This document shows, in pieces, positions 27,190 through 39,900 of a stretch of 58,385 bases of DNA (position 1 is the stretch's first letter; every line of letters begins with the position of its first letter). A program made the position numbers and the translations under genes. Origin of the DNA: Ruditapes philippinarum (Eukaryota); the NCBI RefSeq assembly GCF_026571515.1, contig NW_026859660.1, forward strand, positions 1 through 58,385. The letters are read 5' to 3'. The notes below the pieces were generated by a model, which was given only the letters and a program-made list of their open reading frames with translations, had not been told where the DNA came from and searched no databases.

Positions 27190-28000
27190 TAGTTTGGGGA
27201 CCTTTCTGTTGAAAATGTGTTAGAGTTAAATCGTATACATATACATACACAGTGCGTTAACTGGTGTGCAGGTGCAGGCTTCATAACCTCAGATCCCCTT
27301 TCAAAATTACATTTTATTTAGTTCCGCCCATTGTTTTCTCGTTTAGGGCAAAAGCATTCTTTTACTTGGGGACCATACGCCGCTTTTCATGGAATGGCAC
27401 AACTGTGTCACATTGAAGGTTCCATGATAACCGCCGTATGAACACATCTGCGGATGTTTCTAAATTCAAAATTTCACCATTTTCGTGTTAAATGTTGAAT
27501 TCTGCTCAAGCCGGTGCTAGGAGGCGTGGACGGTAACTTGCACGTTCCAGTACCGTCCATGAACAGGCTCAATCAAATCGAGCCTGCAACATTTTCAATT
27601 TTCTTGTGTAGAACTTTCTTTAGGGATTCTGTTTCTCTCTATTTTTTAGTTACCCGCACTCCAGAGCATGCCCATTGATTGGCTCATTTTTGTTGGGATT
27701 TACTTATTGTGACGGCAGAGAAAGGAAAAGCGATAGAAATATCATATTCAGATGCTCGTTCATTGGTTCCTTTTCACTGGGGTTTCATATTATGACAACA
27801 GGGAACGTGTTTTTATTTTTGACTAGTATGATACTAAAGAGAAATAAAATCAAAACACTCGGCAATCTGATCAATACTATGAGGGCTACGCCCCCTCGTA
27901 CAAATCAGATAGCCTCGTGTTTCGATGCTCTTTCTATTACATGTTTCTTATTCTCAAATAAAACAGTATTTTTGATTTTTTGAAAATAATAAAAACTTTC
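27190..28000. mobile_element. About 0.8-kb insertion of unknown class carrying the structured motif
   Basis: Absent between the homologous blocks in copies A (about 6545-6600) and B (about 12570-12620); 27268-27478 recurs at 47718-47922. Confidence 0.65.
27490..27594 (+). ncRNA. Candidate structured RNA/ssDNA motif (multi-branch junction), family unknown
   Basis: AAATGTTG(27490-97)/CAACATTT(27587-94), TGGACGGTA(27527-35)/TACCGTCCA(27551-59), CAGGCTC(27564-70)/GAGCCTG(27580-86), with compensatory differences relative to 49008-49111. Confidence 0.6.
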
Positions 28001-28889
28001 AAATGTTAATTTTTTTATTAAATGATTAATAATTAATTGGGTTAGTATATATAAAGTATGTTCAGTGTAGATAAAAGTATATTATCGACCAAATTATACA
28101 TATTCATAAGAAAACTTAGTGGCAAAAACAAACGGGGACTATGGTATCAGTTTGCCAACATTTTTTCCTCGTACTTTTTTTCTTTCGTCGGAGAGCTAGG
28201 GACAGATTATTAGTACTATTTGTACATTTTTGATGATCAAAAACTGGAAATAATGAATAAAGTTGTTGACCTGAGTACTTTCATTTTTATCGATTGTACT
28301 TTCATAGAATTGCTACATTCCTCTCCAAAATTAATTTTTTCAACAACAAGAGCTCAACAACAAGAGCAATGTTATAAGACATTGGTGGTACGATTTGGGC
28401 AAAGATTGGAATATTTACGATTCTTTAGAGACGTTTTCTGCACACTGTCCCGTAAGTCATAATTTGAATTTACTATCAGTATTTACTTATTAAATACCAT
28501 TTACTAATAGATAAAATCGCCTCGAAAAGTATACGTTAAAAGAATGAATATACCTAGTAGGAAAAAATAACTATTATAATCTTTATGTGGATAATTGCTC
28601 ATTGACACTTTGTTTCGAAAAATGCAGCATATTCAATATATGAAAAAATGTATGAGAACTTACATTATTTATTTAACATTTCTAGAATTCAGTTTCCTAA
28701 CATGAGAAGCATAATGTGTACTAAAGTTTTTTCATTGACAACTTCAATTTATGTGATAGATATTTATTTAGAATTGGCAAGCAATTAAACCCCTTATTAA
28801 GTACAAACTTTAATAAGGCTTAAAGTTAATCAGCATTATACTTAAAACAGACGTGAAGAAAAATTGCATATAAAAGCCTGCCTCTCCTT

Positions 28890-29226
28890 TATTATGCCCA
28901 TCTAAAGGTATATAGTGGATAAGCAGGTTAGAGTCAAAATAATTTTTTATTTTGCCATCATTTCATTAGCTTTAATAATTTACTTCGCATAAACAATACA
29001 TAACCCCCGGATCCAAATGAAATTTCAGTGAATATCATTTAGAATTTATCTGTAATGTTCAATTTATAAAAGAGTGGGTCAGTCTTTTTATATTTTAGAA
29101 TTTTTTTAAATTTTATCCTAAACATTTTCCAATATAATCTGTTGGTCAAACATCATTCATACAGTCAATCTTTTGAAATATAAAGTCAATGCAGCTCAAC
29201 TTGACAATAAAAATATGAGCATAATA
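28890..29226. mobile_element. MITE-like insertion
   Basis: TATTATGCCCAT ... ATGAGCATAATA inverted termini; interrupts the block that is contiguous at 431-480 and 30901-30950. Confidence 0.6.
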
Positions 29227-32200
29227 TGACTTTAAGTTGTTTAAATTAATTAACTTGTTGTCGGTAATTCTCAAACGCTCCACTTATTTTTAATAAAATG
29301 CAAGCCAATTCGCGACATAAATATTACACCATCGTAAAAAATATACCACAAGGGACACTGGTGAACGTAACAATCACAGCAAGCTACATGTATTTTAAAC
29401 TGCTTTATCGTTCTATATCAATACAAATTCAACAAATCATGAAACGTGTTATGCTCAAAGTATCAATTTCGTTTGATTAACATACTGTTTTGCTGATTGG
29501 TAAACATATCAATATCAATTCCTCTTTCCTTAGAGACAGGATATACTGACAGCATAACCGTTTCCTTTATTTTTGTTAAGTTGAATTTGACGTATTTTAG
29601 TTACTGATACAAACAAAGCAGTTGAAACATTGCAGTTTTTTTTAATTTTACACACTCTCATGGGAGTGTGTGTTGGCGGAATAAAAGTAATACTTTTCGA
29701 AAACGACATAAAAATACTACATAGTTAACTTGTTTATACATGATTGCCAAGTAAATGTTATAATGATTTCTAATGGATTCAATCAAGAAGTATATCCGTC
29801 ACCGAAACACATTTTCAAACAATTCTAAATATGCCATGTTAAATTACTGTTTTAAGATGATTTTTAAAAAAGAAAAACAGTGGAGACTAAAAGGACTTGA
29901 CTGACAAGGTTTGTAGGTGTATTAGAGAGTTTTGACTAAATTAAGAAAAAAATATGTATTGCGAGTAAGCTTCCATGCATTTTGTTTTGGTTTGCATTTG
30001 AAGTGTATATAGAAAATCTTTACAGAAAATTATTGTAAATGGGTCTGGTCGTATTTCGCTCTGGAGAGACCCGTGTGGGTGGAATTGGCGTCGGAATACC
30101 GGCTCATTTCGTAGATTATAATAATGATATTGACTGAATATGTAGTATCTAGCATCATGTAATGTGACTGTCCGTTGATGTCGTTCGCTTAATTGTATAA
30201 GCAGCAAATTAGAAATTATCTTTTGAAGTTATGATAAGGGTTTTTTTGTACTTAAATCAATTTACTATGTTATAGTAAAATCAATTCTCAGAGGGCTAAA
30301 ATATTCAAGATAAAAATTAGTACCACGCCATGAATGATGCGTACTTTCAAGATATAGGGAAAAACAAATGATATGAACGAACTTAATTTACCCTTTCCCA
30401 AATTATCTGTCCAAATATTTATCAATTATCAATACACGCGATAAGGATAATTGCAAAAGTTTTATTATCATATGAGTAAACTATTTTTAAGTGACGTACA
30501 AATGATTTATCACTTCAAGTGCATTTTAGCTGTAATTATTTTAAATCGACATACGATTGTTGAAAATTAAATACCATAAGCAGTGACAGCATGTACTAGA
30601 TTATATAATACTGATCAATATTGCACCTTGGCTCTTTGTTGGGAAAAAATGTAGCATATTCTTTATATGGAAACATGTATGAGAACTAACACTATTTATT
30701 TAACATGTCTAAAGTTCATTATTATAACTTGAGAAGCCTAATATGTACTAAAACTTTTTACATTGACAACTTTCAATTTTTGCGAACCTATTTATTTAGA
30801 ATTGGCAAGCAATTAAAATCTTTATTAACTACAAACTTTAATCAGGCTAAATCTGTATCAGCATTGCACTTAAAACAGACAGAAAATTTTATGTAAAAAA
30901 CCCTGCCTCTCCTTTATATTCAGTTATTGAATTAATTAAGTTGATGTCGGGAATTTTCAAACGCTCCATTTATATTTAATAAAATGCATGCCATTGCGCG
31001 CCATAGATATTACACTAAGCATATGATCCTTATTTTATTTTCAAAATTTCATGAAATTGATTGTATTGTGCTAGAATTACATGGTACATAATCAAAATGT
31101 TTAACATATTGCTGATTTGCAAAGAAACAAACCTATTTTGGCATGAATTAAACAAATTACAAATGGAAACAAGATATATAAAATGCCCATATCTTGCAAA
31201 ATAACTGTTACAATATTTTTTTTAAAAAGATCTATAAACTTATAAACCTTTATATCAAATTGATATGGCATGTATATATTTAATCTATGATATACAATTG
31301 AAAATTATGTTTTTAAATGTGATCCTTAAATCTTTGTAAACAGGTCATTATCTTGTTATTTTTGAAATGTTATCATGGCAATTGATATTCTGAAGTTTTT
31401 AATAATAATGAGACAACAGTGTATATGGAGTTATTGCTACTATCACTTTCTTAAATTAATTGGTTTTCAGTTCACTATTATTGTTCATATCAAATGATCG
31501 AAATGTAATGTAAATACATTCTAAGGAAATTTAATAATTTATTACAATACATTTACCCGTATCCTGTAGATGGCTTTAGTTTGATTTATTATTATAGATC
31601 TTATAACACCCTATACACATATATATTAGGCTGTCGTTTATCGTGGAATTAATATTTGTTTTTTTTTTTAAATACTGTCTGCTAAAATCTTATCAATGAA
31701 ATATTGATAATCGTTATACAATAATGCTGCAATCCAACGTACACAAATCATTACAAAAGAAACATAGAACATAGAAGATAGTTCTTACTAGTAATATTAC
31801 AAAATGGTGCGTAATAAGCAAAATGTAACAGACATTACGTAATAGAACGGAATGGGAAGTAACTTAGTTTCATGCTCAGGGAAACACTGCAGTGTGACAA
31901 AGAAAATTAATCTTGTTTTTTTTTGGAAGTTTATTACACGGTGCATACTTTGTAAATATTCTGAGAAAGATTAAAAGCATAAATGTGTTTGGTGCTGCTA
32001 GATATATCTTATTTATTATAATTCAAATTAAAACAGTAAAATTAGAGGACGATCGTTATCTTATTATGTTTCAAAATCCATCTTAAAGGACGAATTGCCA
32101 TACCAGTCAATCTAAAAGTCAAGTGTTCAAACGCACCTTTTAAAAAAAAATGATATCATTCTGATGTTCATTCAATCATATTTATTACTGATTTTGATAC

Positions 32201-33100
32201 AATTATTTTAATATTTTAAATCAATCTATTAAAAAGCATTTACATTCTGACATTCAAACTAAATTGAAGCGCTGATAATTGGAAAATAGTTGATCAAGTG
32301 ATTACTTGATACAGCATATTGCTTTTGTAAATTATAAACGAATAGATAGGAACAACTATACTTCCCATGATCTGTCAAAAATTGACTCTATCAGATGAAG
32401 TTTCGGTTCAAAAGTTCATTTGTCACAAAGTCTACATTTATATTGTCTGACTTAAACAAACCAGTCAGTTAGTTTTAGTCTGTGTAAATTGCATTGTTGT
32501 AAACATGGTTGTTTGTCTAACAAACATGAACAATAATGTTATCCATTAGAAGACGTCCATCAACAAAGACGGTAAAGTTTAATATTAATTTCAATATATT
32601 ATCAAAGAATCAAATGTTATTAATCAAATACCTAAACTATATTTTTCAAAATACTGGTAATAACTACATGTACATAAACATATGATATAATCAATTTTAA
32701 CTGCTTTTTTACATATTGAAAAAGCTTAAAATACTGTATATACATGTACATCTGCATCTGTTTCTTTTGTTAATAAGATTTTTTTGGAACACAGATAAAT
32801 TTATATATTTTCGATCGTATATAATAATTTATTGTATAATTAAAAACCTAATAATATACATTCATTATAATTAATGGACGAAATTTATTATGATATTATA
32901 ATTTTTAGGTTTTCTTTTGATGACTTCTAAATATAAATTGCAAATAACTAGTGACAAAAATAAAATTTAAAGTGCATCGGCTAATTGACCAATGACTTTG
33001 TCCAAAAGAATGAGTTAAAGATGAGAATTATTTAGAACAATTACGGTATATCTATCTATTTCTGGAGATGCATCTTACTGGAAGAAATCCTGGTACAAAG

Positions 33101-33313
33101 TTTGTTTGTTTGTTTGTTTTATTTCATTTTAAGCCTTTTCCCAACAGTATTTCAGTCATATAGGCGGGTAGTTTCTAAACCATCGTTCCTGGAGAGTTAC
33201 ACCAGTACTAGACTACCTCCCTCCGCGCTAAACTACCAAAGCATCTCCCGGGGATCGAACCCACGCCAGAGAGGTAACTGGGTTAGAAGTCATCGACTCT
33301 AACCCCTCGACCA
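33101..33313 (-). mobile_element. tRNA-derived SINE with (AAAC)n tail
   Basis: Minus strand: TGGTCGAGGGG A box, GGTTCGATCCC B box, 3' ATATGACTGAAATACTGTTG..AAACAAACAAAC. Confidence 0.85.
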
Positions 33314-35861
33314 AAAGAATAAAGAGTAAAAGAAGTAAATGTTACGTTGTCCCAATCAATTGTTTTTATCATTAATTTATTAAACTATTCCGTAATTTCT
33401 CAACAGCGAATGAACTTCACCAGCAGGGCACCTAGAAGGCAGGGAACCGAGCCAAAAATGCGGGAGAAGGTACAAGAGTGGGAGAGAGAAGGAGAAGAAC
33501 ATACCAAGAACTGGAACAAAATATTGATCATCAATGAAATGACCTGATATTAAGGAAACACATTCTTGGAATAGCATCCACTTGTCTAATGATATATTTC
33601 ATGATATCCGCCTCACAAACATATCTACGATGTTTCTAAATTTATAATTCTACTATTTGCCATTTTATGTAAAATGTTTAAACCGGTCCTACTTAAGGGG
33701 TTCCTCTTATCATAATCTTTTCTATACTAGTGTAACCATATCTATATTATAATTTACCTTTGACAGTACAATTTAGTGTAATATTAACAAATAAATATTT
33801 ATTGTGGGACATCTGAACCTATTGCCCTTAACTTTTTTCAGTGTAGTTAATATTCCAGTTCTACGAAATCAATGATTCCAGTGCATTGTGTTGAGGATAA
33901 AATACTGTATAATTTGGCGTTAAGATGCATTTCCTCTCCTTTTTTCTTATCACGAATTATAAAACAGTCGAATTCTCTGTTGTCTCCATTTGATTGTTTT
34001 GATGATTAGAAAATTATATCCAACCAATGTTATTTAACAAGCAAAACAACAAATTAAATTAATTTCTGAGAAGAAAGATTAAAACTATTTATTACTTGAA
34101 TGACTTTTTGATTATCATCTTGGTATTTAAATCATCTTACTTTAATGATTCTTAAAAGCTATGCAGTGAGACCTATGACTACATGCATGCATTATATTCC
34201 GATATCAGCAATAATGTGTATTATTAAGTTTTTACAGAACGGAAAAAATACCTAGAGTGACATACAAAAAGCACCTATATGTTTGTTGAGTACAGTTAAC
34301 TTACTTGTTAAATGGAATATAAAATATAATTAATATAGAAAATCATTGCAATATTGTTTGTCACATATAAGAGGAAACCTGATCAAGTAAATAAATGAAA
34401 CTTTGTATTAGTATTATTCTAGATGAGGGCAATTTTTCTTTTAGTCAACTGTTTGACAAGATTTAAATTCGTCTTTTTCAAAATATTTGTAATAAGAATC
34501 ATTGTCGCCGATTGTTTTTAACAAAATAAATGCATTTTATAAGAAACATACGGTAATTACAAATTCACAATTATTTAATAGCATTCTTTTGTTGAATGCA
34601 AAGGAAGACTGATATTTATTCATGGAAACATTTTATAAAAATTGATATCAAGTTTTATATATGATATACGTATAGAGGCTATTTCAAAGCACATTATGCA
34701 TAGGCAATTCATAGATGTTTAACAACCCAAGAAGGTAGCACTGAATGTGCAAGAATGCAAAACGCGTCGTAAAGATAGCAACTTGTAAACCAAGTAATAT
34801 TTTCACTTTAATACAAGATATTAATTCACTATAATTATATATATTGCCAACATACCTAAAAGCGAATATACATGTAAAGACAGTTTCTGTTTGTGGCAAT
34901 TTAGTTGTATTTTGGAACCTTACCAAAACTAACAGTTTATTTTAAATAGAAATAATATCATTTCTGAGGCTAAATGGGCCTTTATAGAACAAGTCGACTT
35001 TGGTGTACAACAAATGTCTATATCGGATATAGATATGGTTCAAAAGTTCACATGTCAGAGACACAATGACTTGTTGGAGTAGTATATATTTATATTTTCT
35101 AAATATAACGAGCTAATCAATCGGTTGACTTCTCCTCAGCAAATTCCTCTTTTTTAAACATGTTGCTTGTCAATCAAACCTATAAGAATTTTCTCTAGTT
35201 ATTTTCTTAATTTTTCTCCCCATACACAGAAAATAGTTGGGATTAATTCAATAATCTGTATATAGATTTTTTTTCTGAATGTGTATTCCAAGGTGTGTTT
35301 TTTTCTATGAAATTAGAATTTATTGATAATTGCTATTAATTTCTCATTTAATAAAACAAATTTTGATTGTCAAATAATATGTAAAAAAGCCTCACATAAC
35401 CTTCATTTATTAAAAGCACGTTTTTAACACTTGCAATGCTCTTAGGACATTCGAAGACTTCACAGAGCTATTATATGCATGGAATATAAATATACTAACA
35501 ATATTATATTATGAGATTTTTCTAAAGATCATGGTTAAAAACAATGGCAAAAAAACTATAAAAAACGAAAAAAAAAACCAAACAAACAAACAAAAAAACA
35601 ACAACAAAAAAACATACACTTTTTTATTGACAAATGGTTTTGCTTGCATCGAAAGAACTTCATTGAATAAACAATCACTGCTTATAATCATTACATACAA
35701 ATCAGCAGACAAGTCAGATGGTAATTCTCTTATGAGTATGCAGGTTTGTCAACATATAAACAAGCATGGTAACGAAATTTTATGCAATCAATACAGAGTT
35801 GGTAGAATACACTGTAAACTTTAAAACAAACAAATATCTGACCGAGACGTTACTTAAGATA

Positions 35862-36964
35862 TTTATATGCTCCCCGAAAAATTTCGGGGAGCATATAGTC
35901 GCCGCCTTGTCCGTCCGTCTGTCCGTACAAACCAGAGCTACATTATAGGGTTTGGTCTATTGTTCTCATAACAATAGATGTCTTTGATGTCATTCATTCC
36001 GTTTCTCTTGTGGGGTTATTTTCTGCATTGTGGGGTAAAAACGAACAAAAGAAATAACAAAAGAAAACCCCATAATGTAGCTCTGGTAAGAACGGACGTC
36101 CGTCCGTCCGCTTTTTTGTCTGGGACATAACTTTGAAACAACAAGAGGTATCAACATGACACTTTGTAGGTATATAGATCTCATTAAGTATGTGTGCAGT
36201 GCACAAGAACCGTAACTCTGTCTTGCCTAATTTTTTAATTTCCCCCTTTGCTTATTTTACACTTTGAACTTTCTCGGGACATTACTCTAAAACTATAAGA
36301 GGTATCAACATGAAACTTTGTATGTAGATATATCTCATTGGGTAGGTGTGCACTGCATAAAAACCGTAACTCTGCCTTCCCTTTGTTTATTTTACACTTT
36401 GAACCTTGTTCAGGACATACATGTAACTCTTGAACCATTAGAGGTATGACACTTTGAACATTGTCTGGCACATAACTCTAAAATTATAAGAGATCATATC
36501 AACAGAAAACTTTGTAGATAGATAGGTCTGATTGGGTAGAAGTGCAGTGTTAAAGAATCATAACTCTATTTAAAGTTATTGCCCCTTGTTTATTTTTTTA
36601 TGACTTTTGTCCGAGACATAACTCTAAAACTATTAGATTATCAACATGAATTTTTGTAGGCAGATAGATATCATTGGATAGAACTGCAATGCTAAAAGAA
36701 CCTAAACAAAGCCTTGTCTAATTTTGAAGTTATTGCCTTTTGTTCATTCTTACACTGAATTTTACCCGGGTCATAACTCTGAAACAATAAGAGATATCGT
36801 CAGGAAATTTTATAGATAGATCGATCTCATTGAAAAGAAGTGCAGTGCAAAAAACATAACTCCGCCTTGCCTATTTTTTTAGTTTTTGCCCTTGGTTCTT
36901 TTTTATACTTTCCTGTGTCCAAAACCTTCTCGGGGAGCATCACTCGGTTCAACCGGTTCTTGTT
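35862..36964 (-). mobile_element. HINE/MITE-like element with about 150-bp internal tandem repeats
   Basis: Terminal hairpin ATGCTCCCCGAAAAATTTCGGGGAGCAT, (GTCC)n, 5-6 GACATAACTCT..TATCAACATGAAACTTTGTAG units, subterminal TCGGGGAGCAT and terminal CTTGTT. Confidence 0.85.
35931..36087. mobile_element. Small MITE nested in the (GTCC)n tract
   Basis: ACCAGAGCTACATTATAGGGTTT / AAACCCCATAATGTAGCTCTGGT, about 23-bp inverted termini. Confidence 0.8.
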
Positions 36965-39900
36965 ATTCTTATTTTTATCAGGTCAGTCTGATAGAAGTTT
37001 TTTCCTGAATTCTTCGTACAATATGCAATAAGAGGCATACGCAATGCGTCCCTATCCATCCCACCTATGGATCGGATGTTTCTTTCACGCCCCTTAACTT
37101 CGCTGAAATAAACAAAAGTAAAGTTGATATTTATTGAATATAATATTTGCTCATGTTTATGTCGCTGCTTTGATGTAATGAGCCATATTATATTAAATTT
37201 TACTTTCTGATTTTAAATAATTTTGGTAATTCAATTGACCTAACGTAGACCTTGCTAGCTGTCTATGTAAATTCTTGTGATTATTATGTATACATAGATG
37301 CACATATACATATAAATCTTGAAATTATTTGACTTCCAAAAACAATTTTATGCATTTTCTCATATTTTGTATTAAAATCAAATTATTTTAGAAAAGATAA
37401 ACAAAAATCTGAAACGAAACGGATTATAGACGATACATCTCTATCAAGTAGTGTTTAAGAAAAAAAAACAAGTCTCAAGTGATGCGACCAAGCTTGAAAG
37501 ATGTTAATATGAATTCTTTGAAGTATAAGATTAATATACTTGTTATTTGGGTTTTTGCATTTTAGACTTTTCATTTGACAGTGAATGTCAAACAAAGCTT
37601 ATATAAGTTTAAAATATGCCAGTCACAAAAGTCATTCATTTATATATTTCCCAATTTCATATTGTATTGGTATCATTCTTATCAATTGTAGTTACATTTA
37701 GGCATATGAAACATTATGTTGTTTTTTTTACAACAACAAGAAGAAATGGGTTTATGACATTGTGCCAGTCAAACAAAGGCATCGTGGTTAAGCGCATGTC
37801 TAGAATCAGACCATTGCTTTCTCATAAAACAATGCAAGTAGTATTGGTGTTGCATATATCTTATCGAAGAACAATACAACTGTATAACAATATCAACATT
37901 AATATGACTTTTTCAGATTGTTTTCGACGTTATCTTAATTTATCATTATAATATATGGAAACTCTAAAAACATTCAAATGTTGAAGCCACCGGAATTTTG
38001 ATTTAAATATTTCAGAAAAACATTTGGCTTGCCGCTCTTTTAATCGTTAATTTTCGTGTTTTAGCTATGAATAAACGTCTTTTAAGGGGTATAAAGCTAT
38101 ATATCCGCTGAAAATATTATTTTTTGAATGTTAATATAAATACAATCGCAAGTTTTGTATGACAATAATGTTGTATTATATAGCTTTTTAATGGTGCACG
38201 GAAAAAATCCTTGTAAAGCTGTTAAAATCCTTCTTAAATAGCAGCAGAATGTTTCTTCGGAAATATTTTATTTTGTTTAGGTACACTATTCATGTGTGTT
38301 AAATAACAGAGACAGTTTATGTCACATTTATTTCAAGAATCGACAATAAGATTATGGAAACACTATTACTTTACAGTTTATACATTTTATAAACATATTC
38401 CATATGATATACCTTTGTACCTCTTAATGATTTTTATTTAATCATTTGGTCCATACCCACGGTGCCTAATCGTTTTGGGCTGATTTGAAATATCCTGAAC
38501 TGATTTGGATTTATGGCAGCGGATTGATTAAGATAAAATGGATTTTTAGCTTGACGAGGTCAGAAAATATAAAAATAAACACATTTACATCTGTTAGTCT
38601 TTAAACATTCTACTAGCACGAACATTGCAATCTTTAAGGAATTCATATACAACTTCATAAGGAATTTAAAAAATTTACATGTCAGCGAAGTAGTAGTTAA
38701 CACTAGCATAAAATTGCCAAAAAGTTATTTAATTTATTATTTTTGATTTTTCAGGTATTTCATGATCATTTTATAGAAAAAAATAATTTTGAGGTAATTT
38801 AGTGGTATTAATAAAACGTTTTGCCCAGTATTTAATTTTTATTACGTATTTTTATGACAAAAGTTATTTTTTGGGGCACAGGATAGATTCATATTAAGGA
38901 AAAGCAAATCAACGGGATGATTTGAGGATTGAAGCTCATTGCAACTCTTAATCAATTGCCGGATTACCATGTTTAACAAGGGCTTTTAATAAAAATCTGT
39001 CAATTTGTATATACATTAAATTATATTATGTCAAGAATCTTCTTTATAGTTGCAAATGCCAGTATGCAAAGCCAAAGCAACACATGTTTCTTATATATGA
39101 AACTATCGGCAGATTTATAGTTTTGCCAAAGTGTTGATTACAGAGAGAGATTGGGATATAAATATATATAGTAGCGATCATGGTAGATTTGTTTCTGGGT
39201 GTAGTCTGTCTACCTTATTAATTCCTTTTTATCTGGACAAATGAAATAACTATGTTGGAAGCTTAAAAAGGAGTTGTTCTTGCAATCTAGGGATATCTGA
39301 TGCTGCAGAGGTTGACTCATGAAAACAAAATCTTCTGCATGCATTACATATATATATTTAATAGCAAAAGATGCTGATGACGTTGTCATCTTATAATATT
39401 GATGTATCCAGGTATAAGTATTTTCCTGTATAATTCAAAGGACCGTCCTTTAATCCATTATTAGATTGAAATGTTAGATATGTAGCATATTTCCACACAT
39501 TGATAACTAAATATTTTTGCTGCAATTCCCTTTCAGAAATAGTAAATCAAAACGCGTATATACAGTATATATCTTACAACAATTACGGTTCTAGAATGTT
39601 TGATGTTTTTAGAATGATTGCGGCACACTCTATTTATCAATCTACCCTCATCGATAATTTACCACTGTAATGTTATTATTTAATGTCAGCAAAACTTATG
39701 ATTTAAATAAACAGCAAGAGCGTATTATAGCCAAATAATATACTAAGAAATAGAAGTTTTTATCCTTTATGATTCATTTTAAAGATAAAAATGTCAAGGA
39801 CACATGCAATGTAATATTTTAAAAATAAAATATGCTCAAATTTGATATTTGAAAATATACACATTGCTACACAGTCTTACTTTTTACACAAAAAATAAAC

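Larger units (their letters stand above)
21385..31760 (+). repeat. Copy C of the duplication unit plus extra partial copies
   Basis: Collinear with 2831-7360 and 9740-15950. An extra a-b block lies at 30600-31015, and an older fragment at 31430-31760 (TACAATAATGCTGCAATCCAACGTAC vs TACAATAATGCTACAAACCAACGTAC at 22321). Confidence 0.88.
35490..38458 (+). repeat. Second local duplication, copy 1
   Basis: TTTTCTAAAGATCATGG at about 35518 and 42079; 37120-38458 is collinear with 42292-43563. Confidence 0.88.

Noticed and set aside
27490-27594. Assignment of the structured motif to hammerhead, HDV-like, twister, twister-sister, U1 snRNA or a true tRNA
   Set aside because: No CTGANGA/GAAA core; CCTCCTAGC lacks a proper HDV P1/P3 nesting; the CTCAAGC loop lacks the twister UAA and T1/T2 partners; no ACTTACCTG 5' end; arm lengths exceed tRNA geometry. 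The resemblances are partial only.
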